A stretch of DNA of 64,000 nt from NCBI GenBank assembly GCA_036490405.1, contig DASXDY010000059.1:10941-74940 (forward strand), in the 5' to 3' direction. Position 1 is the first letter of the stretch, and every line of letters starts with the position of its first letter. Positions 20,388 through 29,420 of this stretch are shown piece by piece. The notes under the pieces were generated by a model, which was not told the DNA's origin, did not search any database, and saw nothing but the letters and a program-made list of their open reading frames with translations. The stretch comes from Candidatus Sulfotelmatobacter sp. (lineage in GTDB: Bacteria > Acidobacteriota > Terriglobia > Terriglobales > Acidobacteriaceae). The translations under genes and the position numbers were made by a program.

Positions 20388-21662
20388 TTATTCCTTGCGC
20401 AACGCCTCAACCGGTTCCAGCGCCGCCGCCCGGCGCGCCGGATACAGGCCCGCGCCAACTCCCGCGATGGTCAACGACACAACCGCAAGAATCGCCGTTG
20501 AGGCCACCAGCTTGGGAGGATCGAAATTCCCCATATCCACGCCCGATAGTGCGCGCATAATCCCGGCCGCTGCCGCAATTCCAATTCCTCCGCTGAGCAA
20601 GGTCAGGAATGCACCTTCTACAAAGAACTGGAACATGATGCTCGCATTGGTCGCGCCGATTGCCTTTCGTAATCCGATCTCGCGCGTGCGGTCGGCCACC
20701 GCGACCAGCATGATGTTGACGATGCCGATCGCGCCCAGCGTCAGCGTCACCAGCCCCACCGCTCCGAGAAACGTATTCATCGCATCGAAAATCTTGCCAA
20801 TCTGGTCGACGGTCTGTACCGTGTCCCATTCGTCAAACGAGTCGGGATTGTTGGGATTAAATCCATGATTGCGCGCGATGACCTTATGGACCTCTTGCTT
20901 GGCCGTCTGATGCAAAGCCCGCGACTTCGGCTGGTAGTTGATGAAGCTGATCACGTCGGTGGCTTCGCCCACATTGAGCGGTGGAAAGTAATCGTGCATC
21001 GTGCTCAGCGGAATGTAGCTTTGCAGGTTCTGGTTCGAGTTGTCGCCGTGCCCAATGCGCTGCAACGTGCCAATCACTTCAAATCGGATTCCGTTCAGCA
21101 GCACTGTGCTTCCCACCGATGGTCGCCCGAGGAACAGCGTGCGACGCGTCTCGTCACCCAGGACGATGACGGCACGCCTTTGCACATCGTCCATGTCATT
21201 CAGCCAGCGGCCCTCGCTGATCGGCAGGTAACGGATGTCCTTGATCGATGCCTCCACCCCATTCACACGTCCGCTGGACTGGAAGAAATCGCTGACCGCG
21301 CGGATGTCGCTGCGGGAGATGACCGGCGCTGCCGCACGGACGCTGGGACAGTCCGTGACAATATCGTGGTAATCACGCATGGTTAGGTAATACTGCCGGA
21401 GGGCGGTGAAGCTGCCTTGCATGACGGGCGCCCGGCTCGACCAGATAAACATCACGTTTTCGCCGATGGCATCGAATTGCTTGCGATTGCCCGAGCGAAA
21501 TCCCTCGCCCAATCCGACCAGCAGGAGCAGGGAACCCACGCCCCAGGCAATTCCGAACATGGTCAGAATCGAGCGTAGTTTGTGCGCCCACAGCGATTGC
21601 AATGTCTGGCCAAAGATGTCGAAAAGATGACGCACACCTTGATTATACGGGGACGCCTGCAA
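20388..21662 (-). CDS. ABC transporter permease, MacB/LolCE type (paralog)
   Basis: Same architecture (REIGLRKAIGATNASI). Sits 6 bp upstream of the next permease. The start is uncertain (TTG 21662 or GTG 21635). Confidence 0.85.
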   Translation of the reverse strand: MQASPYNQGVRHLFDIFGQTLQSLWAHKLRSILTMFGIAWGVGSLLLLVGLGEGFRSGNRKQFDAIGENVMFIWSSRAPVMQGSFTALRQYYLTMRDYHDIVTDCPSVRAAAPVISRSDIRAVSDFFQSSGRVNGVEASIKDIRYLPISEGRWLNDMDDVQRRAVIVLGDETRRTLFLGRPSVGSTVLLNGIRFEVIGTLQRIGHGDNSNQNLQSYIPLSTMHDYFPPLNVGEATDVISFINYQPKSRALHQTAKQEVHKVIARNHGFNPNNPDSFDEWDTVQTVDQIGKIFDAMNTFLGAVGLVTLTLGAIGIVNIMLVAVADRTREIGLRKAIGATNASIMFQFFVEGAFLTLLSGGIGIAAAAGIMRALSGVDMGNFDPPKLVASTAILAVVSLTIAGVGAGLYPARRAAALEPVEALRKE

Positions 21663-21732
21663 AGCCCGGATCTCCGGACTTCAGACCTCGGACGTCGGGC
21701 TCTCCCAACTTCCGGTTCCACCGAGTAGAAAT

Positions 21733-21851
21733 GGTTGGGTGCAGTTTGACCTCTTACCGGCGTAGTCATCCTGAGCGGAGCCGCTCTTCAGGCGTAGCGA
21801 AGGATCTCAGTCTGTATCGGCTCGGCGCGCGAGCCAAATTGCACCACTACC
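21733..21851. repeat. MITE-like element, about 120-bp class (copy D)
   Basis: About 88% identical by eye to the reverse complement of 55104..55223. The termini GGTTGGGTGCAGTTTGACC and GCCAAATTGCACCACTACC are inverted. Contains a family-1 core. Confidence 0.7.
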
Positions 21852-21993
21852 TGGAAATGCCAAAACTTGCTTCCCGGCGATAATGCAAGACTAACGTGCA
21901 AATCAGTCGCTGAAGTCTAGAATCCGAGGCCCAAGGTCTGAGATCCGAATTTGTGTTCCGAATCACCCGCAAGTCCGCTATTCTCTAGGCGAG

Positions 21994-23235
21994 ATGCCCA
22001 CCCTCGCGCTTACCGAACTGCTCGGCGCCACGGTCTATGACCCAACGGGCGCGTGTGGACGTGTGCGTGAGGTTACGTTGGCGCCGCAGGAAGACCGTTC
22101 GCGGATTGCGAACTTTATCGTCAAGACAAAGTCCGGCAATCGCTTCGTGCCCTACGCCTCCATCGCTGCGATCAACGGCGGAATCCGCACTACTACGGCT
22201 TCAGGTGAATGGCTGGCCGCCAGCGCCACCGAAGGATTATTCCTGCTGGAGCGCGACCTGCTCGACCAGCAGGTCATCGACGTTAATGGGCGCAAAGTCG
22301 TCCGCGTCAACGATGTCGATATGGAATTCGACACCCAGGCTGCTGTGCGTCCCGTCCTGCGCGTTATCTCGGTGGATGTTGGCGCCCGAGGGGCGATCCG
22401 CAGGCTTTTGCGCGGCATGGCGCCCAAGGCGGCCCTTCAGGCTTTGCTGGGCAAGATTCCGCCGCGCAGCATTCCGTGGAAATTTGTCGATATCATTGAG
22501 ACCGATCCGGCGCGCCGGGTAAAGCTCAAGATCTCGCACGACGGGCTCGCCAAGCTCCACCCCGCCGACATTGCCGATATCGTCGAAGACCTGGCCCCCG
22601 ACGAGCGCCAGGCCGTCTTTCAGACCCTGGACCAGGAGACCGCGGCCGAAGCGCTCGAAGAAGTCGATCCCAGGGTGCAAAGAGCAATCGTGGAGTCGCT
22701 CGACTCCGAGCGCGCCGCCGAAATCGTCGAGGAAATGAATCCCGACGCGGCCGCCGACTTGTTGGGCGAACTCACCGAGGACCGAACCGAGCAGATCCTG
22801 ATCCAGATGGAGCCCGAAGCTCAACAGGATGTTGTCGAGCTTCTCGAGCACAGGGAAGAAACCGCTGCCGGCCGCATGACCACCGAGTTTCTCGCGCTGC
22901 CGGTGAACGCGACCGCGGAGAATGCGATCGACTCGCTGCGCGAGTTCGAGGGCGGAGTCGAGGCCGTCAGCACCATTTATCTGGTGGATTCGCATGGCAC
23001 GCTGGTGGGTGCCGTTCCTCTTGCCCGGATCGTGCTCGCTCCGATGAGCGCTCCGATGCTGTCTCTGGTGCAGGAACCCCTCGTCTTCGCCACGCAGGGA
23101 GCCAGCGAAAACGAGGTTGCCGAGCTTTTCGACAAATACAACCTCCAGACTCTTCCGGTAGTAAGCGGGCACAACCAGCTCACCGGCGTGATTACCTCCG
23201 ACGACGTCATCAGCATGTTGCGCTCGAAGCTCTGA
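21994..23235 (+). CDS. PRC-barrel + MgtE N-terminal domain + CBS-pair protein (no membrane domain)
   Basis: Two PRC-barrel-like segments, acidic helical MgtE_N repeats (LHPADIADIVEDLAPDERQAVF...) and tandem CBS motifs. The MgtE transmembrane domain is absent. Confidence 0.8.
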   Translation: MPTLALTELLGATVYDPTGACGRVREVTLAPQEDRSRIANFIVKTKSGNRFVPYASIAAINGGIRTTTASGEWLAASATEGLFLLERDLLDQQVIDVNGRKVVRVNDVDMEFDTQAAVRPVLRVISVDVGARGAIRRLLRGMAPKAALQALLGKIPPRSIPWKFVDIIETDPARRVKLKISHDGLAKLHPADIADIVEDLAPDERQAVFQTLDQETAAEALEEVDPRVQRAIVESLDSERAAEIVEEMNPDAAADLLGELTEDRTEQILIQMEPEAQQDVVELLEHREETAAGRMTTEFLALPVNATAENAIDSLREFEGGVEAVSTIYLVDSHGTLVGAVPLARIVLAPMSAPMLSLVQEPLVFATQGASENEVAELFDKYNLQTLPVVSGHNQLTGVITSDDVISMLRSKL

Positions 23236-23493
23236 AGCCTCGGCTTTCAGATCTCAAGTCTCGCGCTCGCTTCGACTTTTTCGGCAGATCGTTCCCGGTC
23301 GAGGTTGCGTGTCGGGAGTTTTGCGAATTTCGGGCAAAGGGCTGACTCCCGGAAGCGATACCCGAGGCCTCTGACCCCAACCGGCATCTTCGTAACTCTT
23401 TGCATCCACTTTTCGTTTGTCGGTTTCCGTGCGCTGCGTTTATTCTGTGGCGTCGCTCGGCCTGAATCTACTTCATTCCCATGTCTGCGATAA

Positions 23494-24762
23494 GTGCGCA
23501 TGCGTTCGCTCAAGCGCTGGAAAATCCGGGTTCTGTTCTTCTTCGCTGTCGTCGGGCCGGGCTTCATCACGGCCAACGTCGATAACGACGCCGGCGGCAT
23601 CCTGACCTATTCGCAGGCTGGCGCGCAATTCGGACATCTTCTTCTCTGGACCATGATCCCCATCACGCTCATGTTGATCGTGGTGCAGGAGATGTGCGCC
23701 CGTATGGCTGCCGTTACCGGCAAGGGCCTCAGCGACCTGATCCGCGAACAATTCGGCTTCCGCATTACATTTTTCATGATGATCGGAATTTTGGTCATCA
23801 ACTTCGGCAACATTGTCACCGAATTCATCGGCATCGCCACCAGCCTGGAGCTGTTCGGCCTGGCGCGCATCTACACCGTGCCGGTATGCGGGGTGATTGT
23901 GTGGCTGATCATTGTCAAAGGGCAGTACAAGAGCGTGGAAAAAGTTTTTCTGGTCGCGTCTTTTTTCTACGTGACCTACATCGTTGCGGGATTCTTTGCC
24001 CATCCCATGTGGAAGGCCGCGACCATCGCAACCTTTAAGCCGCCCGACCTTCACGCCTTCCGGGATCAGGCGTATCTCTTCATGGTGACCGGTGTCGTCG
24101 GAACGACCATCGCGCCGTGGATGCAGTTCTATCTGCAATCGTCGATTGTCGAGAAAGGCGTGACCAAGCGGGGATACAAGGCCTCCCGCCTCGACGTGAT
24201 CGTCGGTTGCGTCTTCACCGACGTTGTAGCCTGGTTCATCATCGTGGCCTGCGCCGCTACGCTCTATATCCACGGCTTCCGCGACATCAAGTATGCGGCC
24301 GATGCCGCCCAGGCGTTGAAGCCGCTGGCCGGCGACTACGCCTACATTCTCTTTGCGGTGGGATTATTCAATGCTTCGCTGTTTGCGGCTTCGATACTTC
24401 CTTTGTCCACCGCATATACAGTCTGCGAAGGCCTCGGTTTCGAGTCGGGAGTAGGAAGGAAGTTCGGTGAAGCCCCGTTTTTCTACTGGTTGTACACCCT
24501 TCTGATCGTCGCCGGCGGTGCGCTGGTGCTGGTGATTCCCGCCGACCAGCTCATCCGGATCGTTCTCTGGTCGCAGGTGCTCAACGGCGTCGTATTGCCG
24601 TTTGTCCTGATTTTTATGTTGCTGCTGATCAATGACAAAGATCTCATGGGCGAATACGTCAATTCCCGCTGGCTCAATGTGGTCGCATGGGCCAGCGCCG
24701 TGATTGTGATCGCATTGTCCGTGGCGCTGATGCTGACTTCGTTCGGGGGCAAGTCGGGCTGA
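23494..24762 (+). CDS. Nramp (SLC11) family transporter with a non-canonical, Mg-type (NRMT-like) metal site
   Basis: GPGFITANVDNDAGG (DAGG replaces DPGN) and GTTIAPWMQFYLQS (replaces GAxxMPHNLxLHS). About 11 TM helices. Confidence 0.85.
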   Translation: MRMRSLKRWKIRVLFFFAVVGPGFITANVDNDAGGILTYSQAGAQFGHLLLWTMIPITLMLIVVQEMCARMAAVTGKGLSDLIREQFGFRITFFMMIGILVINFGNIVTEFIGIATSLELFGLARIYTVPVCGVIVWLIIVKGQYKSVEKVFLVASFFYVTYIVAGFFAHPMWKAATIATFKPPDLHAFRDQAYLFMVTGVVGTTIAPWMQFYLQSSIVEKGVTKRGYKASRLDVIVGCVFTDVVAWFIIVACAATLYIHGFRDIKYAADAAQALKPLAGDYAYILFAVGLFNASLFAASILPLSTAYTVCEGLGFESGVGRKFGEAPFFYWLYTLLIVAGGALVLVIPADQLIRIVLWSQVLNGVVLPFVLIFMLLLINDKDLMGEYVNSRWLNVVAWASAVIVIALSVALMLTSFGGKSG

Positions 24763-24786
24763 GACTTCGAGTCAGTAGAGGATGAC

Positions 24787-25179
24787 TTAGAGAAGCTTCC
24801 CGGCCGCAAGGTCTTTTACCAGGGTCAGGTCCGCTTCCAGAAAGTCGAACGACGGCAGGTCCTTCGGCTCCGACCACCGTACGTCGCGAAAGATGCGGTT
24901 CTCGATCTCCGGAGAATATTCCCGCACTTCATAAAACCGCAGCTCCACCATTCCGCCGTTCGGGTACTCATGTTGAATGCGCGCGACTTCATTTCCGATA
25001 TTCGCCTGGATCCCTAACTCTTCTTCCAGTTCGCGGCGCAAAGCATCGCGCGGCTGCTCGCCTTCTTCGATTTTTCCTCCGGGAAACTCCCATTTCAGCG
25101 GCATGGTCTGATGACGCGTACGCTGGCAAACCAGCAGCTTGTCGTCTTTGACAATCAGGGCCGCCACCACGCGTTTCAT
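24787..25179 (-). CDS. Nudix hydrolase (MutT/8-oxo-dGTPase-like)
   Basis: Nudix box GGKIEEGEQPRDALRRELEEELG. The ATG overlaps the upstream stop codon (ATGA). Confidence 0.85.
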   Translation of the reverse strand: MKRVVAALIVKDDKLLVCQRTRHQTMPLKWEFPGGKIEEGEQPRDALRRELEEELGIQANIGNEVARIQHEYPNGGMVELRFYEVREYSPEIENRIFRDVRWSEPKDLPSFDFLEADLTLVKDLAAGKLL

Positions 25180-26213
25180 GGCTGGACGGGCGCGCCCGAT
25201 GACAGCACGCTGGCAACCGGATCGACACAACTGGTAAATGTGAATGCGAAGGCGGCGACGCCTTCACCACAGCGCAATTCCAGCTCATGCTCGCCAAATT
25301 CGTGGTCGTGGACGAGAAAGTACATCCGCGACGAGTCGATGACGATATAACTTTCGTCCGTTCCGTCGCGCGTTCGGAAGCGCGTGTCCTGCGTAGCGAG
25401 CGCACGGGAAAGCGGCTTGCCATCGCGTAGAACGACAACCTCGGCTGAGGCCCGGCGGGGGGAGGCCATGACCAAGTTTACGGCGGCGGCCTCATATTTC
25501 AAACGCAAAGTGTGCGGCCCGCTTTCCACCGCCTCGAAATATTCCGCGGTCGAGGCCCATCGTCCTTCGGCGTAAAAGAAATTTTCTTCTAACGGCCCCG
25601 AATGCGAATAATCCGCGATCTGGTCTTCTTTGAATCCGCCTGCATTTCCGATCCGCCCGCGCTTGTTTCCCAGGTAAAGCTCGCCTGTCGGCCGGTAGCA
25701 CACCGCGCCGATATGATCTTCCTCGCGCACCGGATCCATCAACGCCGGAAGCTCGATGTTGGGATCAATCTCCCGCAGCAGTTCCTGGATCATCTGCTCG
25801 CACTCCGCGTAGCCGCCCTCGCCGAAATGCCCCCAGCGGAGGTATCCATCTTTGTCCAGCAGATACTTCGTCGGCCAGTAGCGATTGGCAAACGCCTTCC
25901 AGATTTCACGATTGCTGTCGATCACGATGGGATAGGTCAGCTCAAACTCGCGGATGCCGCGCTCCACATTCGACTCATACTGGGCAAAGGTAAACTCCGG
26001 CGTGTGCACGCCGATCACAGTCAATCCTCGGTCGCGATAACGTTCGTGCCAGGCCTGCACGTAAGGTAGAGTGCGGATGCAGTTGACGCAGGTGTAGTCC
26101 CAGAAATCCACCAGCACGGCGCGTCCGCGCAGCTGACGGAAGCTCAATGGCGTCGAGTTCAGCCACACCCGGCCGATCTCGGGCGCGCGCACGTTGCCTT
26201 TCTCCACTCTCAT
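25176..26213 (-). CDS. thioredoxin-like (TlpA/DipZ C-terminal type) protein with a C-terminal beta-sandwich domain
   Basis: VLVDFWDYTCVNCIRTLPYV (CxxC) plus VIGVHTPEF and NRYWPTKYLLD, as in the DipZ C-terminal region. ATGA overlaps at both ends. Confidence 0.75.
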   Translation of the reverse strand: MRVEKGNVRAPEIGRVWLNSTPLSFRQLRGRAVLVDFWDYTCVNCIRTLPYVQAWHERYRDRGLTVIGVHTPEFTFAQYESNVERGIREFELTYPIVIDSNREIWKAFANRYWPTKYLLDKDGYLRWGHFGEGGYAECEQMIQELLREIDPNIELPALMDPVREEDHIGAVCYRPTGELYLGNKRGRIGNAGGFKEDQIADYSHSGPLEENFFYAEGRWASTAEYFEAVESGPHTLRLKYEAAAVNLVMASPRRASAEVVVLRDGKPLSRALATQDTRFRTRDGTDESYIVIDSSRMYFLVHDHEFGEHELELRCGEGVAAFAFTFTSCVDPVASVLSSGAPVQP

Positions 26214-26695
26214 GCGGAGGCGGCTTCCAGCTTTTTCCCGACTACCAACGCGCAATATTGCACCAGTTGCTGATGCTCGCTGGTGAATGCGGCCGGGAAG
26301 TGGCTGTCGATGTCAAGTTCGCCGACGACTTTGCCCCGCGCAAAAACAGGGACTACGATTTCCGATCTGGTCTCAAGAGAACAGGCCAGATAACGCGGAT
26401 CGCGGCTGACATCGTCCACGACGACCGTCCGCCCGCTCGACGCCGCCGCTCCGCAGATGCCCTGATTCAGCGGAATGCGCGTGTGCGGCGTCATCGCCCC
26501 CTCGAACGCTCCCAGCACCAGCACCGGCGGGTTCGCCCCCGGTTCCAGCATGTAGAAACCGACCCAGTTGTACTTGAGCATGCGTTCGTGCAGCAGCTTT
26601 ACCATTTTCTGCATGAGTTCCTGGCCGGTGGGCGCGGTTTTGGCCAGGTCTGCGATCTCGTTGCGGACTTCCTCGATTCGGGCGGCGACGGGCAT
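26210..26695 (-). CDS. GAF-domain protein, likely free methionine-(R)-sulfoxide reductase (fRMsr/MsrC type)
   Basis: NWVGFYML, GICGAAA, YLACSLETRSEIVVP and GELDIDS match the single-GAF fRMsr pattern with conserved cysteines. Confidence 0.75.
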   Translation of the reverse strand: MPVAARIEEVRNEIADLAKTAPTGQELMQKMVKLLHERMLKYNWVGFYMLEPGANPPVLVLGAFEGAMTPHTRIPLNQGICGAAASSGRTVVVDDVSRDPRYLACSLETRSEIVVPVFARGKVVGELDIDSHFPAAFTSEHQQLVQYCALVVGKKLEAASA

Positions 26696-26710
26696 GGCTG
26701 AAATCTTAAC

Positions 26711-27553
26711 TCACCGCCCCGGATTCCCGGCAGCGGAGGCCGGAACGGCAGTAATCTGCCGGATTCCTTGCCTGCCCGGAAAAAGCTCCGGGTGGATCGC
26801 GTGCGCCAGGGCGTCGAGCCCGCGCAGAAGCGTCGGCGCAGGCGTATTCAGAAACTCATCGCGCACGCAGTAAATCCGCCCGGATTGCGCCGCCGCCGTT
26901 GCTTGCCATCCCCGCTCCGCAATGATTTTTTCCAGAGGGACCCGGTCTCCCGCCCCACACCAGGCGGCAACCATCACGTCCGGATCCAGTTGCGCAATTT
27001 CCGCGGCGGGAAGGCTTCGGCCCGGGTCGCCCAGAAATTTCCCGCCCGCGGCTTCCACCAGTTCCCCAACCCATCGCTGCGAGGCGATGATTGGCTTGCC
27101 CCACTCCTCGCAGAAGACCTTCAGGCGTGGGCAGCCGGTGACTTGTGCGCGAACGTCGTCAATCCGGCGTTGCATGGACTCGATCAGTTCTTCTCCCCGC
27201 GGGCCTGCGCCTACCACGCCGGCGATGATCGCAATGTCGCAATAAATATCGGCCAGAGTCTTCGGAGCGAAACCAAGAAATCTCGCCCCCGCCTTCATAA
27301 TTTCGGCGACAGCTTTTTCCTGATAAGGAACCGAAGCAATCACAAGATCAGGGCGCACCGAGATAATCTGGGCAGCATCGGCCGTCCAGGAATCGGAGAG
27401 AATCACCCGCGATCCGTCGCCCGCCGCGGGCACCACGTCCGCGCAGTAGCGCGTGCAGGCAACCACGCGGTCGAGTTCTCCCAAAGCGTCGAGAATTACG
27501 GTTGCGCTCGGCTGAAGACACGCAACGCGCCGCAATGCATGGGCTAGGGGCAT
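26711..27553 (-). CDS. periplasmic-binding-protein fold (BtuF/TroA-like) protein without an obvious signal peptide
   Basis: VACLQPSATVILDALGELDRVVA...RPDLVIAS...DPDVMVAAWCG pattern. ATG 27553 overlaps the end of the upstream gene by 10 nt. Confidence 0.65.
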   Translation of the reverse strand: MPLAHALRRVACLQPSATVILDALGELDRVVACTRYCADVVPAAGDGSRVILSDSWTADAAQIISVRPDLVIASVPYQEKAVAEIMKAGARFLGFAPKTLADIYCDIAIIAGVVGAGPRGEELIESMQRRIDDVRAQVTGCPRLKVFCEEWGKPIIASQRWVGELVEAAGGKFLGDPGRSLPAAEIAQLDPDVMVAAWCGAGDRVPLEKIIAERGWQATAAAQSGRIYCVRDEFLNTPAPTLLRGLDALAHAIHPELFPGRQGIRQITAVPASAAGNPGR

Positions 27554-27915
27554 GGCTCGTATCTTAGCTTGCCGAGAGCGGCGGCCAGAACATCCACCGC
27601 TAATTGAGCTGCATGGGTGGATGCCTGGGGCACTCCTCCCACAGCGGCAGCTACGTCTTTCCAGGTCAATGGGGAAATCTGTCCCGGCGTCTTTCCGACG
27701 ATCAACTCCGTCAGAGCCGACCCGCACGCAATCGCGGGGACGCATCCCTTAGCCTTGAATCGTGCATCAACGATTGTTCCATCGATCACCCGCAAGCCCA
27801 GACGAATCACATCTCCGCAAACCGGATTCTCGATTTCCGCCACGGCATCGGCATCCGGCAGATCGCCGGCATTGCGCGGGTTCTGAAAGTGATCGAGGAG
27901 TTGCGAAGAGTACAT
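27544..27915 (-). CDS. IscU/NifU-N-like iron-sulfur cluster scaffold-type protein
   Basis: MYSSQLLDHFQNPRNAG...NPVCGDVI...AKGCVPAIACGS. The third canonical Cys is not seen. Only the last 123 codons of track ORF 27544..28425 are credible. Confidence 0.75.
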   Translation of the reverse strand: MYSSQLLDHFQNPRNAGDLPDADAVAEIENPVCGDVIRLGLRVIDGTIVDARFKAKGCVPAIACGSALTELIVGKTPGQISPLTWKDVAAAVGGVPQASTHAAQLAVDVLAAALGKLRYEPCP

Positions 27916-27929
27916 CGGAAGAATTGTAA

Positions 27930-28676
27930 CTAGGGCCGGACTGGCTGGCCGGTTCCATCGGGAAAATACACCGGCCACCCCCGCTCGCGGGCCAATGCCT
28001 CCAGGTCCGGGTTCGGATTGATCGCAAACGGATGGCGCACCATCTCCAGCATTTCCCTGTCCCAGCGCGAATTGCCGAACGCGGCGTCGATGTTCTTCTG
28101 CGCAACTTCGCGCAACGCTTTCGGCTTGCCCGCGCCGGAAGGCACCCGCACCAGCCGATCGGTCACGATTCCATTCTCTACAACAACCTGCGCGGCCAGA
28201 ATCTTTTCTCTGGAAATAGCAAATCGTTTCATCCCGGCGCGAATCACCCACTCGTTCGACGACGAAACCGCCCAGATTTCGCAGCCGCGCTCGCCAAGTC
28301 TTAAAACCAGGTCTTCCATCTCCGGGAAGACTCGCCCGGGGAATTCTTTCGACATGAATTTCGTCGCCGCCTCCATCACCACAGATTCCGGCAGCCCAGC
28401 GTGCATGGTGACCATCTCGCCGCACATTTGCTCTTCGCTGACCTTGCCCGCTTTGTATTCGTCATAACGGGCGCGCATCGCCTTCGCGACCTCCGCGCTG
28501 ACCACGCCCTGCCTGATCTCCCAGTCGAAGAAGCGCTCGCCGGCGTCACCCGACCAAAGAGTGCCGTCGCAGTCGAAGGCGGCGACTCGCGGCTCAAGCC
28601 GCAAAACCGAGTCCACGAATTCCCGCGCGGCTGTGCTGATTGGAGTAGGGGTCAAAGCCTGCATGCTGTTCGACAA
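27930..28676 (-). CDS. HAD-IB family hydrolase (phosphoserine-phosphatase-like)
   Basis: AAFDCDGTLW (DxDxT) and downstream HAD motifs (AVSSSNEW, GNSRWD). Confidence 0.8.
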   Translation of the reverse strand: MSNSMQALTPTPISTAAREFVDSVLRLEPRVAAFDCDGTLWSGDAGERFFDWEIRQGVVSAEVAKAMRARYDEYKAGKVSEEQMCGEMVTMHAGLPESVVMEAATKFMSKEFPGRVFPEMEDLVLRLGERGCEIWAVSSSNEWVIRAGMKRFAISREKILAAQVVVENGIVTDRLVRVPSGAGKPKALREVAQKNIDAAFGNSRWDREMLEMVRHPFAINPNPDLEALARERGWPVYFPDGTGQPVRP

Positions 28677-28721
28677 TAACGGCTGGCCATCGAATCGCGC
28701 AATGGCCTTCCGGGAACCGCA

Positions 28722-29351
28722 TCAGAGGTTGCGTGTGAGGGCGGCGTAGTCCTCGGGAGTGTTGATATTCAGCGCGACGAATGGATCGTTCACCGGCAAG
28801 TATTGAATATGTCCCTGGGCGCGGTGCTCAACATCGCGCGCGTTCGAGGTTTCCGCGGCTTGCAGAAATTGTTCGATCATCTCCCGCCCCGCCACGTAGG
28901 GATGTCCATGCTTCCCACCAAATTCAGGCACGACGGCCCATGTGTCCAGAGGCGCTGTCTCAAACGCCTCGCGAATCGCGGCCACCGTCGCGGCCTTTGC
29001 CGGAGGCCGGTCCACCAGCGTGACCATCGCCGCATCGCGCCCGCGGTTTAGCACCTCGGTCAATCCCAGCCGCAGGGAACTGAACTGGCCGCGTCCGGGA
29101 TCCGGATTAATTACGACCGAAGCCCCAACTGCATACGCCACGGGCGACAACGAAGCCGCATTATTCCCGGCAACCACCACGACGAAGTCAGTGGCAGACG
29201 CCAGGGAGCGAATCGCCGCCGAAAGGAAAGTCTCGCTTGAAAGGAATCCGTCTGCGAGAGGAGGCCAGGGAAGCAGGGCCTTATCCCGTCCCATTCGCGA
29301 AGATTCGCCGGCGGCCAGAATCACGCCGCCGAAGCTGGGAGACCGCGTCAT
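28722..29351 (-). CDS. MobA-like NTP transferase (molybdenum cofactor cytidylyltransferase MocA-like)
   Basis: GGVILAAGESSRMGRDKALLPW signature. ATG 29351 is preferred over TTG 29360. Confidence 0.8.
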   Translation of the reverse strand: MTRSPSFGGVILAAGESSRMGRDKALLPWPPLADGFLSSETFLSAAIRSLASATDFVVVVAGNNAASLSPVAYAVGASVVINPDPGRGQFSSLRLGLTEVLNRGRDAAMVTLVDRPPAKAATVAAIREAFETAPLDTWAVVPEFGGKHGHPYVAGREMIEQFLQAAETSNARDVEHRAQGHIQYLPVNDPFVALNINTPEDYAALTRNL

Positions 29352-29360
29352 ACACTTCAA

Positions 29361-29386
29361 TGTAGGGATAGCCGCCCTCGGCTGTC
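29361..29386 (+). repeat. short repeat family 4, copy 2
   Basis: TGTAGGGATAGCCGCCCTCGGCTGTC, one mismatch to 4987..5012. Lies between xdhC and mocA. Confidence 0.7.
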
Positions 29387-29420
29387 CAGTCGGCGGAAGT
29401 TCGACGTTGGCGGAAGATTG

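Noticed and set aside
21880-21960. Three ATCCGA-like direct repeats (GAATCCGA, GATCCGAA, TTCCGAATC) upstream of the MgtE-N/CBS gene, as possible regulator sites.
   Set aside because: They are short and degenerate with irregular spacing. That is not enough to separate them from chance without comparative data.
23236-23493. Riboswitches in other leaders: M-box upstream of the Nramp/MgtE-like genes (21852-21993, 23236-23493), SAH or B12 element upstream of metH (13347-13430), and a B12 box upstream of the TonB receptor (7053-7202).
   Set aside because: I could not find the characteristic conserved cores by eye, such as the GCCACTG B12 box or the GGTGAGGC/GCTAAAGC blocks of the M-box. They need cmsearch before any claim.
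27916-28425. N-terminal 170 codons of track ORF 27544..28425.
   Set aside because: This part overlaps the HAD hydrolase gene in another frame and is Arg/Gly-rich. The IscU-like homology starts at MYSSQLLDHF (ATG 27915).
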